From Microbotryum violaceum (lineage: Eukaryota), in assembly GCA_001244265.2 (NCBI GenBank), contig CDLV01000009.1, positions 1-64,000 on the forward strand: 64,000 bases of DNA, read 5' to 3'. This document shows positions 36,297-49,142 of the stretch, piece by piece (position 1 is the first letter of the stretch; each line of letters starts with the position of its first letter). A program made the translations under genes and the position numbers. The notes beneath the pieces were generated by a model, which was not told the DNA's origin, ran no database searches, and saw nothing but the letters and a program-made list of their open reading frames with translations.

Positions 36297-39161
36297 TCAT
36301 TCCTCTTGCAACAAATCCTTCAAAAATCGTTCGTCATCCTCCCTCAACTTACCTACCCCAACACTACCCGAACTACTACCCTGACTAGTTTTAGGATCCC
36401 AACTCATTCCCCTCTGTTGAGCCGAAGGAGGTGGAAGATGATCTCCCCCAAAATCAGAGGCCGTAGCGGATGAAGCCATGGAACTTTTCGAAACGAGTCG
36501 ATTGGAAGGTAATCTCGATTTAGGGGAACCGATATCGAAGGAAGGGAAAGGTAATCTTGATTTACTACGTACTTTCGGCATCGTTTGCGATAGCGATAAC
36601 CCCGAAGAGGAACTCGTTCCCTCGTTCGTGTTCGTGTTCGTGTTCGTCGGCGGATCGATCACGCCGCCCAAACCGTACAACGAAGTAACCTGACTCGAAT
36701 GACCCCATGACCTTGATTTGAGCGGCGTGCCAACGAATGAACCGAAAGAGGATTTAGGTCCAAAGCTCGCGCGTTGTTCCATCAGCGGACTTGAGCCTTG
36801 TCCACCTAGCATCGTCACCGTCGCATCGACGAGACCTTCTGAATCGTCCGATCCGTTGCCACTTGACGCGGCCGATGAAGCTCGGATGCGATACGCTTGC
36901 GCGAACAAGGCAGCGGGTGTCGAAGGTGCGGCGGGTAGACCGAGAGAAGACATCTTGATTGGACTCGGAGATGATCTAGGACCGCCGAGGGATTGCGAGT
37001 CGTTGGTCGACACGCGACGAGGAGGACGTGGCGGGGCGGCTCCACCACCCAGGCCAATCGACCCCGCACGCGGACTTCCGATGCGTGGACTCCCCACCCG
37101 AGGACTCGTTCCATTCGAACCAGACCTTCGAGCCAAACTCGTCACCCCAGCAGCAAGCGTGACCTGCGTCGCTTCCATCGCCGAGACCTTCTCCTCGAGC
37201 GCAAGCACTTCACGTTCGAGCGTGTCTTCCCTCTCGCGCGAGTCCATAATCTCCTGCCGCGCCGCCGAAACCTCTTGCTTAGCTCGTTCGAGCTCTTCGG
37301 CCGCGTCGAGCGCATGTGCTTCCCAGTTCGCTCGCATTTGTTCGAGCTGAGCCAGAGCAGAGTCGGAAGAGGTGGCCTAGTCAACACCGCATAGGAATGG
37401 TCAGCATTTACGATCCAGGAAATTTTATACCCGCGCTACGAGCTTACATCATTCTGTTCTCCCCTCCTGGCTTTCTCGACCTTGAGCTCGTCCAACAACG
37501 CATCTCTCTGCGACCTCACATCCATCAACGTCGCCCTCGTCTCCGCCAACGCATCGAGCAACGCATCCCTCTCCGTCGCGGCCTTATCCAACTCGGCCTT
37601 GACGGACGTATAACGGAAAAAGATCTCAAGTTTATCCATCGCCCGCACGCTCGTCATCGTCAAATCGGACGAATCAACAAGCGTGCGCTGCGTATCATTT
37701 AGCGAATCGCGTTCATCGGCGCTTGAAAAGCTCTCCTCACGGTAATGAACGTGACGATTCGGAGTATGCGGGTACCACGTCCCCGTCGAAGTTTTCGGTT
37801 CAGAGGCCACGGAAGAGGGTCGTTCTCGTTTTTGTGGGGCGATTTGTATCGCTCGTCGTTTGGGTGTCGTCTCGTTCGTTGAGGTGCGAACGTGCGCCGC
37901 AGCACGAGGACCCAATTCGCCCATCGAACGTTGTTGGAGCGAGCTCCTCGCGGGACTCGATAGCGCATGAGACACACCAGTAGAGCGAGGCGATACACTC
38001 GATTGAGCGAACCTCAACGAACTCATCGGGGTCGCCCATCCGCCATCCTCGCTCGTCCCCGTGCCTGTGCTGCCGATCGTCGCAGGTCGAATGGAAGCGG
38101 TCGAAGCGGCCAGTCTGGACGTATCACTACCACGCTTGCCGCTTCGCCTTTCGGGAGTGTTGCGATTAACCTCAAACACGTCCCCGTTGGACCTATACGA
38201 CAACGACGATTCGTGAACAGTGTGACGGCGCGAGGAACGATCGTCGAGGGCCGCATCGTCGAGCGAGCCTCCTGTGGACGAAGAGTTTGTGCGCACCGTG
38301 CGTCGTATACCTCCTGCGCCATCCGGACTGACAACCAGCGAGCCTGGTCGAGCAACGCTCTCACACAAAGCCTTGGCCGAGGGTGAGCTGATTTTCAGAC
38401 CTCGAACTCCGTTGTGGCGATGCGTCGGTGTCGTTTGTTCACTCGAGAAAGCCCGAGTCCTCGCAGGGGGTGGGCTGTGCACCGAACCAATACCCCAGGT
38501 CAGAGCTGGCACGACCATCGAGAATTCCAGAGGACCCAACTCACGTAAGTAAGAGCTCTTCTCGATCATCGTCGTCTTCCGAGCTGCCCAAAACGGCCTT
38601 GACGGGGTTCTGCTTAGCCCTCGCCCTTGCGAGCGTCGTCTCGAACGCATCCTCCACCGCAACATCGCCGAGCTCCGAAGCGGATTCATTGATCGTCCCA
38701 CTATCGGACATCGCCGTAATGGATTTTGAGCTCGCAGAAGCGAGGATCCTCTTCATCCTCTCGTACGCCCGCTCAACTTCGACGATCGACCATCTACGAG
38801 CCGTACGTGGTGTGATATCGCTCGAAAGGTTCGATGACGTTTGCGAGGGATTACGTTTCATTTCGGACGATGACGTAAGCGGTGGTGCTACCCAATTGAG
38901 TGGACTCGTCGTTGAATTGCCGAGCACGCCAGCGAGCTCGATCGATTTCCCGACGCCGCCTCGAGGAGGGGTCGCGGCGTCCATCGGGCCTAGCATCGAG
39001 TCGTCGAGACCCAATGTGGCGAACCGCTTGGACCGAGCACCTCCTCCCGTCAGCGCTAACTCGGCCTCCATGCGATCAATTTCGCGCTCCATTTGATCCA
39101 GAGTTAAAGGTCCGTCTGAAAAATTGAGCACTTAATGCGGTCAGTAAGGTTGCCCCCCCCC

Positions 39162-39193
<32 letters not shown>

Positions 39194-41345
39194 GGTAGAA
39201 TGCTCAAAGCCAGTACTGACCGGGATCAGGGAAGCTCGCCAGCACCGCTGCGTCATCCCCACTGAGCCAATGTCCTCCAGACGACGAAGACGCAGAACGA
39301 GCAATCGAGATCGACGGCGAAGTTCCCCCGACGACAGCTTGCGCAGGAACCCGAATCGATGGCGTAATCGAGGTGACCGTGGGGCCCATTAGGGACCCCC
39401 CATCGGAAGAAAGTCGTCGTCCGCCTAGTTGAAACACGAGGTCTTCGAGGGGTGAAGCCATATGCGATCGACCCGACAGTCGTTTGCCACGCGAATTTTC
39501 AGGGTCAACCCCTTCCGTCGGGGACCGTGACTTCATTTCGACGAACTGCGGCGCGTCCCCTTCCTCTTCCTCCTCGTGGCTGGCAACCTGCGCTCGGAGA
39601 CCAACCCCCGGCCCTCGACTCGATTTCGGCAACTCGGAGAATTCATCTTCGGGTTTGACCAAGACCGGAGAACCCCTCTCGACACTTCGCATCGCCGCAG
39701 CGGGGTTCCTCCTCACAGCCTCGATCGCAGAGAATCGTTTCGAGAGACCTGCTTGGTCCAAGAGCAGCGACGAGCGAAGGCCGTCGGGGATCGAGGAGGG
39801 CAAGACGGACTGCGCGCGCGGTTCCCCAAACGTGTCCATCGACGAACGCGATTCCATGACTGTGCTTTGACTGTGCGGCCGTTGCTGTGTCGATTCGAAA
39901 GATACGAGTGGCGGGAGGTCTGAGCTGTCATCAGCGGCTTTCTCCGAAGAGCCCGTTGTTTGATGATCCTCTCTTGCCCCGGCCTCCGTGTCCTCAGCAG
40001 CAGCAGGTTCCGAGGCGCCGACGGGACCAGCCATCTCGTCAAGCAGAGGACTGGTCTCGCGCGACCTCGACCACGACTGTGCGCCCGTCGAACGCGTCTC
40101 GAAGCTCCTCCGCGAGGAGTGCGGAAACGTAAAATTGCCCAACACGGGCGAGATCGAGTGCCTCCGATAAGCGAGGTCGTCCTTGTTGGGTGCGAGCGAG
40201 TCCTTGTGGATCGCAAGACCCTCGGGTGGGCTTTGTTTCATGAGACTCGACGTGCTCGACTGCGGTCGCTCCACTTCCAACAGTGACGAAACGCGCGAGG
40301 AAGGCGGGCGTTGGCGAGGCGTTTCGATGGATTGCTCAGCATTCACCCATTCGTCGACGTTGGAGGCTTCCGAACGACCCCTCTTGACCGGCGTAAGATG
40401 CAGAGGCACAGGTGAAGAACTTGCGAGTCTGAGGCTCGAGTCTCGCTTCGAAGGGGAGAATGTCTGTGGATCGGCTGTAACGTGGGAACGAGTGGAGTTT
40501 CGCGAGGAGGCGGGCGGAGTGGCATCGCGCGTGTGCTTGTCGTCGTGAGAAAGTGCCGACGACAGCCGTGTCGAAGCGCTGATCGAAGCGACCTTGGCCG
40601 GCGACGTTCGCGTATTGGCGAGACTAGTCGCCGACTTGCTCTCTTTGTCGATCGACTTTCTCGAAACTTGCTTCTGGAACCTTGAGGAGCCGTGTGGATG
40701 CGCGATGGGAAGCGAAATGGACTCGGCGGGCATGCTCGTTCTGCGACGAAAGCCGAACATGCCCTTTTTGCGCCCCACACTGTTGCCGCTGATGCTCGTT
40801 GGACGAGTGGTCTGCTGAGCGCCATTCGAGGTCTTGGCGGGAGCAAAATCCGAATTCTGGGGTGACAATAGAGGCACATCCTTGATTGAGTCGTCGCCAA
40901 AAATGTGGGTCGAGATGGCCGTGACGAGTGGTGGTGGTTTAGCAGCCTGGATCACGACTTTGGGTCCGGCCGGCGCGGCGATCTTGCTGCCCCTTCTGAT
41001 CGAACCGCCAAGGAAACGACTTCTGAACGTTCTAATCCCAGGCATGGTCGATGCAGCAGCCGGGGTCGACGCCGCCTCGGTAGTAGTGGTGCCGATCTGC
41101 TTCGCACTGGCCGAACGAGGCAGGCTCAACGAGCCATTCCAACCCTTCCCATTAGCGCCGGCGCCAGCGATGGTCCCCGAATTAGCAAAGACTGAGCCGT
41201 TGGCGGTATGCTTGAAGCCATATTTGGTGGCATACGATGTGTCCGAGACGGAACGGGGTATCGGAGATGCCGAAGGGGATGTCGCGGGTAGAGTCGGCAG
41301 CTTGGAAGGCGCTACGACGCCCTGCGAGATCGGATTGCCGCCCAT
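36297..41345 (-). CDS. Large Ser/Pro/Arg-rich hypothetical protein with C-terminal coiled coil, multi-exon
   Basis: Successive long minus-strand ORFs (713, 196, 421 and 346 aa) separated by GT-AG introns. Heptad-like segment MDKLEIFFRY...KAELDKAATERDALLDAL. Start codon uncertain. Confidence 0.65.
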
Positions 41346-42019
41346 CTCGTCGCTAGCTGCAGGGTGGTGTTTGGCTCAACCAAGGCCCACTGCTGAAATA
41401 AATAAACAAACAGAAATGACGTTCGCCGCCAGTAATATACCGCAAGAAAGCACAAGACGAAACCACTCACGCTGCAGCTCAGCGAGGCTCGTGTACGGTG
41501 TGGTGGTCGGTGCCGCCGGCGACTATCTCGCCTCGTGATGTGTACAATGTGCCGAGAGCGTATCCGAGTACCACTTGATCTTGAAGTAAACGAGTGATGG
41601 AGTGGATGTCGCGGTGACAAGACGTACGACGTAGTGGCTCGTGCAAGCTGAAAGCCACATACAAGTGTCCAACTCGGAAGGCGCGCCCAAAGCTGCGCTC
41701 GGTCGCCCTTGCACCTCCTTCGCGCACGGCGCGCCGGAACCCCCCACCCGCCAGGCGCTAGCGCACCGTCTTCAAGTCGGTGACGTGGATGTCTCAGAGC
41801 GGAAAACGCGCCCCGCCCCTTTCCGGCCAAATCAGGCGTCTATTTCCGAGCGAACCGCTTGTTAGTACGAGGGCGACTCCTATTACTCTCAACCGGGAGC
41901 CACGTCGGCAGTTATAGTGTCCAATCGCTTGGGGTTACAACAATATCAACAGGTCCCTACAAGACACGCTTGCCCACTCCCACACTCTGGTCCCGCCCAA
42001 GCTTCACCGGCCTCACGTT

Positions 42020-44578
42020 TCACGCCGCCTCATCCAAAGTCCAACTCCACTCCTCTTGCTCAAACCTCGGCCCCATCCTCGCATCCAACACCGCCCCCGT
42101 CCTCCGACTCACCCTACACCCTATGAAATAGTCACTACTCGCCATGACCTCCTGTTCAACAAGCTTCAACAAATCTCCAAACATCGCTCTCCATCCCAAA
42201 ATCTTGAGTTCGATTTCGGAGAGCAAGTCCTTGAGAAGGACTGCGCGACGACGTTGATACGTCACGAGTGTCGCGGGGTCGGTTTCATCCGTCGCTAGGA
42301 AGTATCTGATGACGGGATGAAGATTTCGTCAGTTGATGGTCCTTCAGAGACTTGATGCGGCTGAGAACTTGCAAGTGCTCCTTCGAGGGTAAGTTCTTGG
42401 CCTTGTGAGCCGAAAGTTCAGCGAGCCCCTTTTCAAGCAAGCCGAGCTGGTTGAGGATCTTCGCTTCGGCCGAACTTGATCTGCCATTTCGATGAAGGGC
42501 ATATAATCAGCATCAACATCGATCAAGAGCTCAACCACATGCGGTGTCTCAATGTACCCTTGCATATGCACCGCCGCAACCGAAGTCATCTCCGTCGCCA
42601 ACCACTTCCTCCCCTCATTCACCTTGACCATATTCTCCGCGACCATTTTCCCCGCTTCGATATACGCCTTCGGCGGCCTAATGGCTTCCAGTATCATATT
42701 GACGAACTGATCCCGAGTCTCTTGAGAAGCAAAGTGAACACCGCCGAGTCGGCCTTCGTTCCAGATTGGTCCGGAGACGTAGAGGAGCGAAGCGTCACGA
42801 TGTCGAGGTTGAGTTAGGAACTCGTCAGTGAAGGAGAAGGAGCGTGATCGATCTGCCATTAGGACGACGGGCTGTGCGACGATCTTGATTTGATCCGTTC
42901 TGTCCAATATAGCGCAGTATGAGTATCAGGGGTCGGCCTCCGAAGCAGAGCTTTTCACTAACCTTTCATCGAACGAGTACACTCTCGACTGCTCGACCTT
43001 TCTTAGGGCTTCTTCAAGCCAGTGATTATCCCCATCAACCTTGAACCCGGTCTTCGTCAACAGTTCCCTCGCCCTCTCCAACGACCAAACGCGTCCTGCA
43101 TTGTCGACTTGTATCTCCCGAACTCGTGCCGTATCAAGTCCGACAATCACCGCATCACTCTCCGGCTCAGTCCACGAGGGGAGGTTTGTATCCAGTCGAA
43201 CGAACTGGGCGTCGTTGAACCATTCGTTGGAGGTGATCTCAGATGTGGAAAGCCCATCGAGTGCAGTCGACTCCATGTTCCAAATCCCCGCTTGGGACCA
43301 GAGCGTCATCTCGGGCGTGACATTAAACAAGGTCGAGAACTCGGATTGGGTCAGTACCAGGCCGTAGATCTTGCGAAGGTGAGGAATGTCGATGAGGTGC
43401 TGTGGTTTGCCGTTGGGGTCAGTGTTCGATGTCCAGCAGCCACCTGAAACTAGTCGAGATAGTCACCTCTATCCCAATCTTCCATCCTTCGGGTCCCCTC
43501 CACGACTCTTCCCGGTGATCAAGAGAATTTTGGGTACAGTCCTTGCTGTTTCGTGGGGCAAGAGGAGGTGATCAGTAAGATCCTCATCTCGCACTGTAGA
43601 CGTTACCCCACTCACCTTTTGACGCGGCAAGAGCGCATCCATACATGCCCAGGAATCACTGGTATCCGACTCGAGATGGTTGCGAGGTTGAGTACGGTCT
43701 CGATGATCACCCGCAGATCGTAGAAGCTGGGGCGTAGGCAAAGAGCTCTCTAAGTTTCGGAGCCTGGTTCTTCGAGCCTGCTTCAGATAGACTCACTTTC
43801 TGGCATCGTCTCCGTCCATCACCAAAAACTTCGGTTCCGTTCCCACTGCCTCTTGAAGCTTGGGGCCCGAGGGTGCAATGTATTCGCCTTCCGGATCCGA
43901 GTCGAGCTTCACCTTCGTGCCCAGGGCCGGTCGTGGCGGACCGAGTTCCGCCGAGTCGACTACTTTCGATCCTTCCCTTCCCTCAATCTTCTCCCTAATA
44001 TACGTTTCATCCATGACCTTCATCGACGTCAATAAGAGCAACAAAATGAGCACGACCAAACCCGCCACCGCCGGGGCGGCGCCTCTCCACCGTCTCCCAC
44101 CGACGATCCACCCATCCTCGGGCCGTGTGCGACTCTCTCTCGATTCGATGCGCCATGGTCCCTCCCTCGAGTTCCTCCTTTCACTTTTCACTATTCTTCC
44201 TTTGTTATTGATCGGGAACAGTTCCGATCGATCGTTGACTCCATCTTCATCATCTTCGTCCGAATCGTCGTCGACCGAGCTCACGTGATCGCCGTCGAAC
44301 TGGCTCTGCATCGATACGCTCCATACACTATCCTTGCGCTGCACCTCTCTCCCATCGAAGCTGATAACACACTCTCCATCGCGAGTAGGTGGATATGTGA
44401 CTGAGCCGGTCATAGTTGTTGTCCGTGACGATGCCAGTGGAGGTCGAGCGTCATCGTCTCCCGCCTCCTCCGCGCCGCCCCAAGCCCCGTTCGAGCGACT
44501 TGGAGCAGCCGCCGAAATTGGCCCCTCGATCGAGACAGAGCGTTGGTACCGAGGTGATTCTCCACGAGGTTTCGACAT
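42020..44578 (-). CDS. Type II membrane protein, O-fucosyltransferase-like (GT-B) glycosyltransferase; several frame breaks
   Basis: Single hydrophobic anchor AVAGLVVLILLLLLT. RVIIETVLNLATISSRIPVIP, AAVHM and LVEQEVMASSDYFIG resemble O-FucT family motifs. Confidence 0.55.
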
Positions 44579-45790
44579 GATGAGTGCAAACGCTACCCAA
44601 AAGGAGCTGACGATAGGCGGTCAACGTAGGTTGGGGACAGGGAGAGGTGATGAGGGCTCGAAGCTCGCTGTCGCCGTCGGAGCTTCGGAGGCCGCGCACC
44701 TCCCAGTCACCTCCCCGCACCTCCCCGAGCAGGGACGCAGCAAAAGCTCCGACTACGAGCGGCGCCATGTGGGGTTTAGTGATTTTCATTAGAGACCCGG
44801 CACATTGCTTTGATTCACTGATCTCTTCTCATTACCCTGTATCTGTAAACGTGGTCTAACCCGAAATTTGTTCACCGTACATTGGCGCTGGAAGGAGGGT
44901 GTGCCAGTGAGGAAAGGGAAGGGCGCCGAGGGAATGGATTGTTTCATGGCTGCTGCTGATCTACTTGTGGGCTTGGGAAAGTAGATAATCGACCATCAAA
45001 CATTCTATCCTCTTCGAAACGTCGACGGTAAGGTGTAGCGAAGGGGCTTGTTACCTATGACTTACCAGACGACCACTCTAGTACAATCTCACTGTCCTTC
45101 ACCGTCTCCCGTTTTTCGGACTGTTCCGCGGAGCTGCCCCATAGAATGCAGTATAAAGAGTTGGAAGGAGCGACGAGCGGTCGAGGAGGTCTGTGCGGCG
45201 TACACGCGAGTGCAAGAGGGCCTGAATAGAATTTGATAGGCCTGATCCCGCGCGTGACAAACTGGGTCTTTTCCTCACGTTTGGCTCTGCATCAAATCAG
45301 GTGTGTACTTCGCGTATTCATGCCTCAATGTGTTAAATGATTAACTCTGACGTTTGGCTCTGCATTTTGGGCTGTATCAAAGGTTGCATCACATTGCAAC
45401 AACTTTTTGCAACAGGATTGGGAGGCTTTGTTGCACATCCTCCGATACCTCAAGGGAACCCGAGACGTCAACCTTCTGTTCCGCAAGGCGGAGGGTGCTC
45501 CTCTCCTCAAGGGCTTTGTTGACGCTGATCACGGAGCGGACCCGGAGACTCGTCGAAGTGTCACAGGTTTTGTGTTCCTTTGCGCGGGTGGCGCGGTCTC
45601 GTGGATGTCCAAGCGACAGGTGCTCGTCACCGTATCCAGCACCGAGGCCGAGTACGTTGCTATTATTAGAATCTAAAGCCGAGGCACGAGATACGTTTAG
45701 TACAAGAGCCGAGGATGATAGTAAAGACAGTTAGAGAAAGAAGAGAAGCACAGAGTAGGAGCGCGCGAGGGGACTAATATCAACAACTAG

Positions 45791-46155
<365 letters not shown>

Positions 46156-49142
46156 CTAGTAACTAATTGTGTTTGGTAATAGAAGTGGGATGAAACAGCA
46201 ATATACACTCTGACACCCCCCCGTGCTGTCATACCACTGCACCTCGTAAGCCTAAATTCGTCCGATGGAAGATGAACGGCTTGGGAACCAAGGCCTTGGT
46301 GAAGATGTCGGCAAACATGTCGCCAGTGGCGATGTAGCGGACCTCAATCTCTTTCTCAGCAACCCTCTTGCAGACATAGTGTTTTGAGATGCGAACGTGA
46401 CGAGATCCCTGATGGTTGGTCGGGTGTTGTGCCAGAGCAAGCGAACCTTGGTTGTCACCATAGAGCACAACTGGACCGGGAACCGGAGCGCCGAGTTTGC
46501 TTAGGAGTTTGCTCAGGTGAATGGTGTCCCCGCTAGCGTACAAAAGAGAGAGGTATTCCGCGTTGGTAGTAGACTTGGCGACCCTGTGCTCCCGTTTGGA
46601 ACACCAAGCAATGGCAGCTCCGGACAAGATGAATGCGTAGCCCATGGTCGATTGCAAGGTTGTCAGGCAGGCTCCCCAGTTTGCATCCGAGTAGCCATGG
46701 AGCGGTTGGTTGGTGTTGCGGTAGGTGAGCCCCAAGTCCAGCGTGCCTTTGATGTAGCGGAGGACGTGCTTGATGGCTGTCCAATGCTCCGGGCCGGGTT
46801 GCTGCGAGAAGCGCGCGAGGTAGCTGACCACAAAAGCAAGGTCCGGACAAGTGCCAACTGCGGCGTACATCAACGAACCAATGGCCTGCAAGTAGCGAGT
46901 GCAATCCTCAGGGGTAGCAAACAAGTTCTCGAAATTGAGGACGACACCGGGTTGCATGGGGACGCCTGCCGGCTTGGCATTGGCAAATTGGAACCTGGCC
47001 AAGATATCTTGAAGGTAGTGTTCTTGGGAAAGTGTGATGGACCTGTTGTGCCCGCGTTTGACTTGGATGCTGAGGATGTATTTGGCAGGCCCGAGACCTT
47101 TGATACCATATGCAAGTTCCAACATGTCAAGAACCCTGTCGATCTCGGCAGTAGAGAGCCCAACCAACAGCAAGTTGTCAACATACAAGGCAATGTAATG
47201 AGAGTGCCCGTTGTGTTCGCAGCGGTAGATGCAGATGTCTGATCAGGTGGGCACGTATCCGAGGGAGCGCAAAGTCAAGTCAATCTCCGCATTCCAGATG
47301 GTGCCCGCTTGGCAAAGTCCGTAGATGGATTTGGACAGCCTGAGGATCTTGCCAGGCATGTCGATGCCTTGTGGAATGCGCATGTAGAGAGGCTTGTCAA
47401 GTTTGCCGTGGAGGTACCCCTTGTTGACGTCGGCTTGATGGACATGGTAGCCGTTGGCCGTGGCAAGGGCGATGACAGCCCAAATGGACATGAACTTGAC
47501 GATGGGGGCATAGTTCTGCTCGAAGTTGATGCCAGGGCGTTGGGCACAACCGTGGGCAACGAGACGAGCCTTGTGATCGATGATGTCCCCGTGCTGGTTG
47601 CGTTTAGTTTGGAACACCCAGCCCGGCCGTAAGAGGATCTCACCCGCAGGGAGCTCACAGGAGTCAATGACTTCAAACACCTTGTATTTGTTGAGAAGTG
47701 AATCAAATTTGTTGTGTGCCGGGCGGGCCACCCCATGTGTCCTGTTGTCCCAATCGGATGACATTGCCCCAATGGCTAGATCTCGGACAACGGATAAGTC
47801 ATGCTCCGCAAAGCCGGCTTTGGTGGACGCAAAGGCACGGAGCATGCCCTGGAAGGCGAAAATGGGTCCATCTGTAATACTCTGTAGTTACTCAAAGGCC
47901 CGATGCGCGTCTGGCCTTAGGCATTGCCGGAAAGTAGGGCCTCTCTTCCTTTCCGACCAGTTTATTCTTTGGAATACATACTCGTATCCTGTCACCTGCA
48001 AGGCCCGACGCTGGGGCCTTACATATTTTTTTTGACATCCGATACAAGAATTCGCCAAGAACACTCCGTCACCGCTTCAAACCGGCTCGACGTACACACG
48101 ACGCAGGTCGTTTGCCGCACACCCCGCACGACACTTGTCGTTTGTCATACAGAGCCGTCTCTGTTCGCCGTCCACATTACACGTCGCAAGACGTTCGCCG
48201 CACCCCGCACGACTCGCGTCGTTTGTCATACAGAGCCATCTCTGTTCGCCGTCCACATCATACGTCGCAAGACGTTCGCCGCATTGCTTACACGACTTGA
48301 TCGTTCGCCGTCACACACAACTGCTGAGGTTGTTCGCCGTTTACGCGACCGTCGTCGCTCGTCCGCCCTTTTTCTTTTCACTTCGCACGCGACCGCCACC
48401 GTCGCTCGCCGAACGCGCCCCTCCGTCGCTCGCCCGCACGGTTTCGTTTCTTTTTTTGCTTCGCACGCAATTGCCGCCACCCGCCCGCGCCCATCCGTCG
48501 CCGACGCCCCGCTTTCCAATCTGGCCCCACAAACCAGAAACAGCAAGGATCAGGGACCCCCACCAAACAAGGACGCTCCGCCGCATCTCGTACCAAAGTC
48601 GATGCCGAAGATGTCGGACCGAGCGCCCACACGACTCCACATGCCAGAGCTCAAGGCACCGTTTACGGCGGAGGACGTCATCCTCTGGCTAGGCGACTGC
48701 GAGGACGCAATCGAGGCATTCGGGATCTCAAGCGTTCCGATGAGACGTTGACGGTCGTTCAACAAATCAGGGAAGCTGGCATGAAAATGCAGGGCGAAGG
48801 GAAAATTTGGTGGAATCAGCACAGGGATGAACTGAAGGCATTGACAACATGGGATGCCTTTGCGGCTGAGGTGAGGGAACGGTTCCTGGACTCGGGCTTT
48901 GTGCTCACCGCCGAGCACGACTTCTACCGTACGCGACAAGGGTCGGATTCTTTCACTACGTACGCTGCGAAGCTAGCGAGTCGGCGCGCAACCTTGGGTA
49001 TTGGCAAGGACGGGGGAAAGTTCATCAATGACGACCAATTCAAACGACACTTGCTACATCACGCCAACGACCTACTGTATGCGCGTACCACCTCAACTGC
49101 CGGCTTTACACTCTCAACATTCACAGTGAACTTGCTCATTGG

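Noticed and set aside
36478..41538. Long + strand ORFs opposite the large Ser/Pro-rich gene (and similar ones opposite MTR10 and the retroelements)
   Set aside because: Antisense shadows expected in GC-rich coding DNA; no independent motifs.
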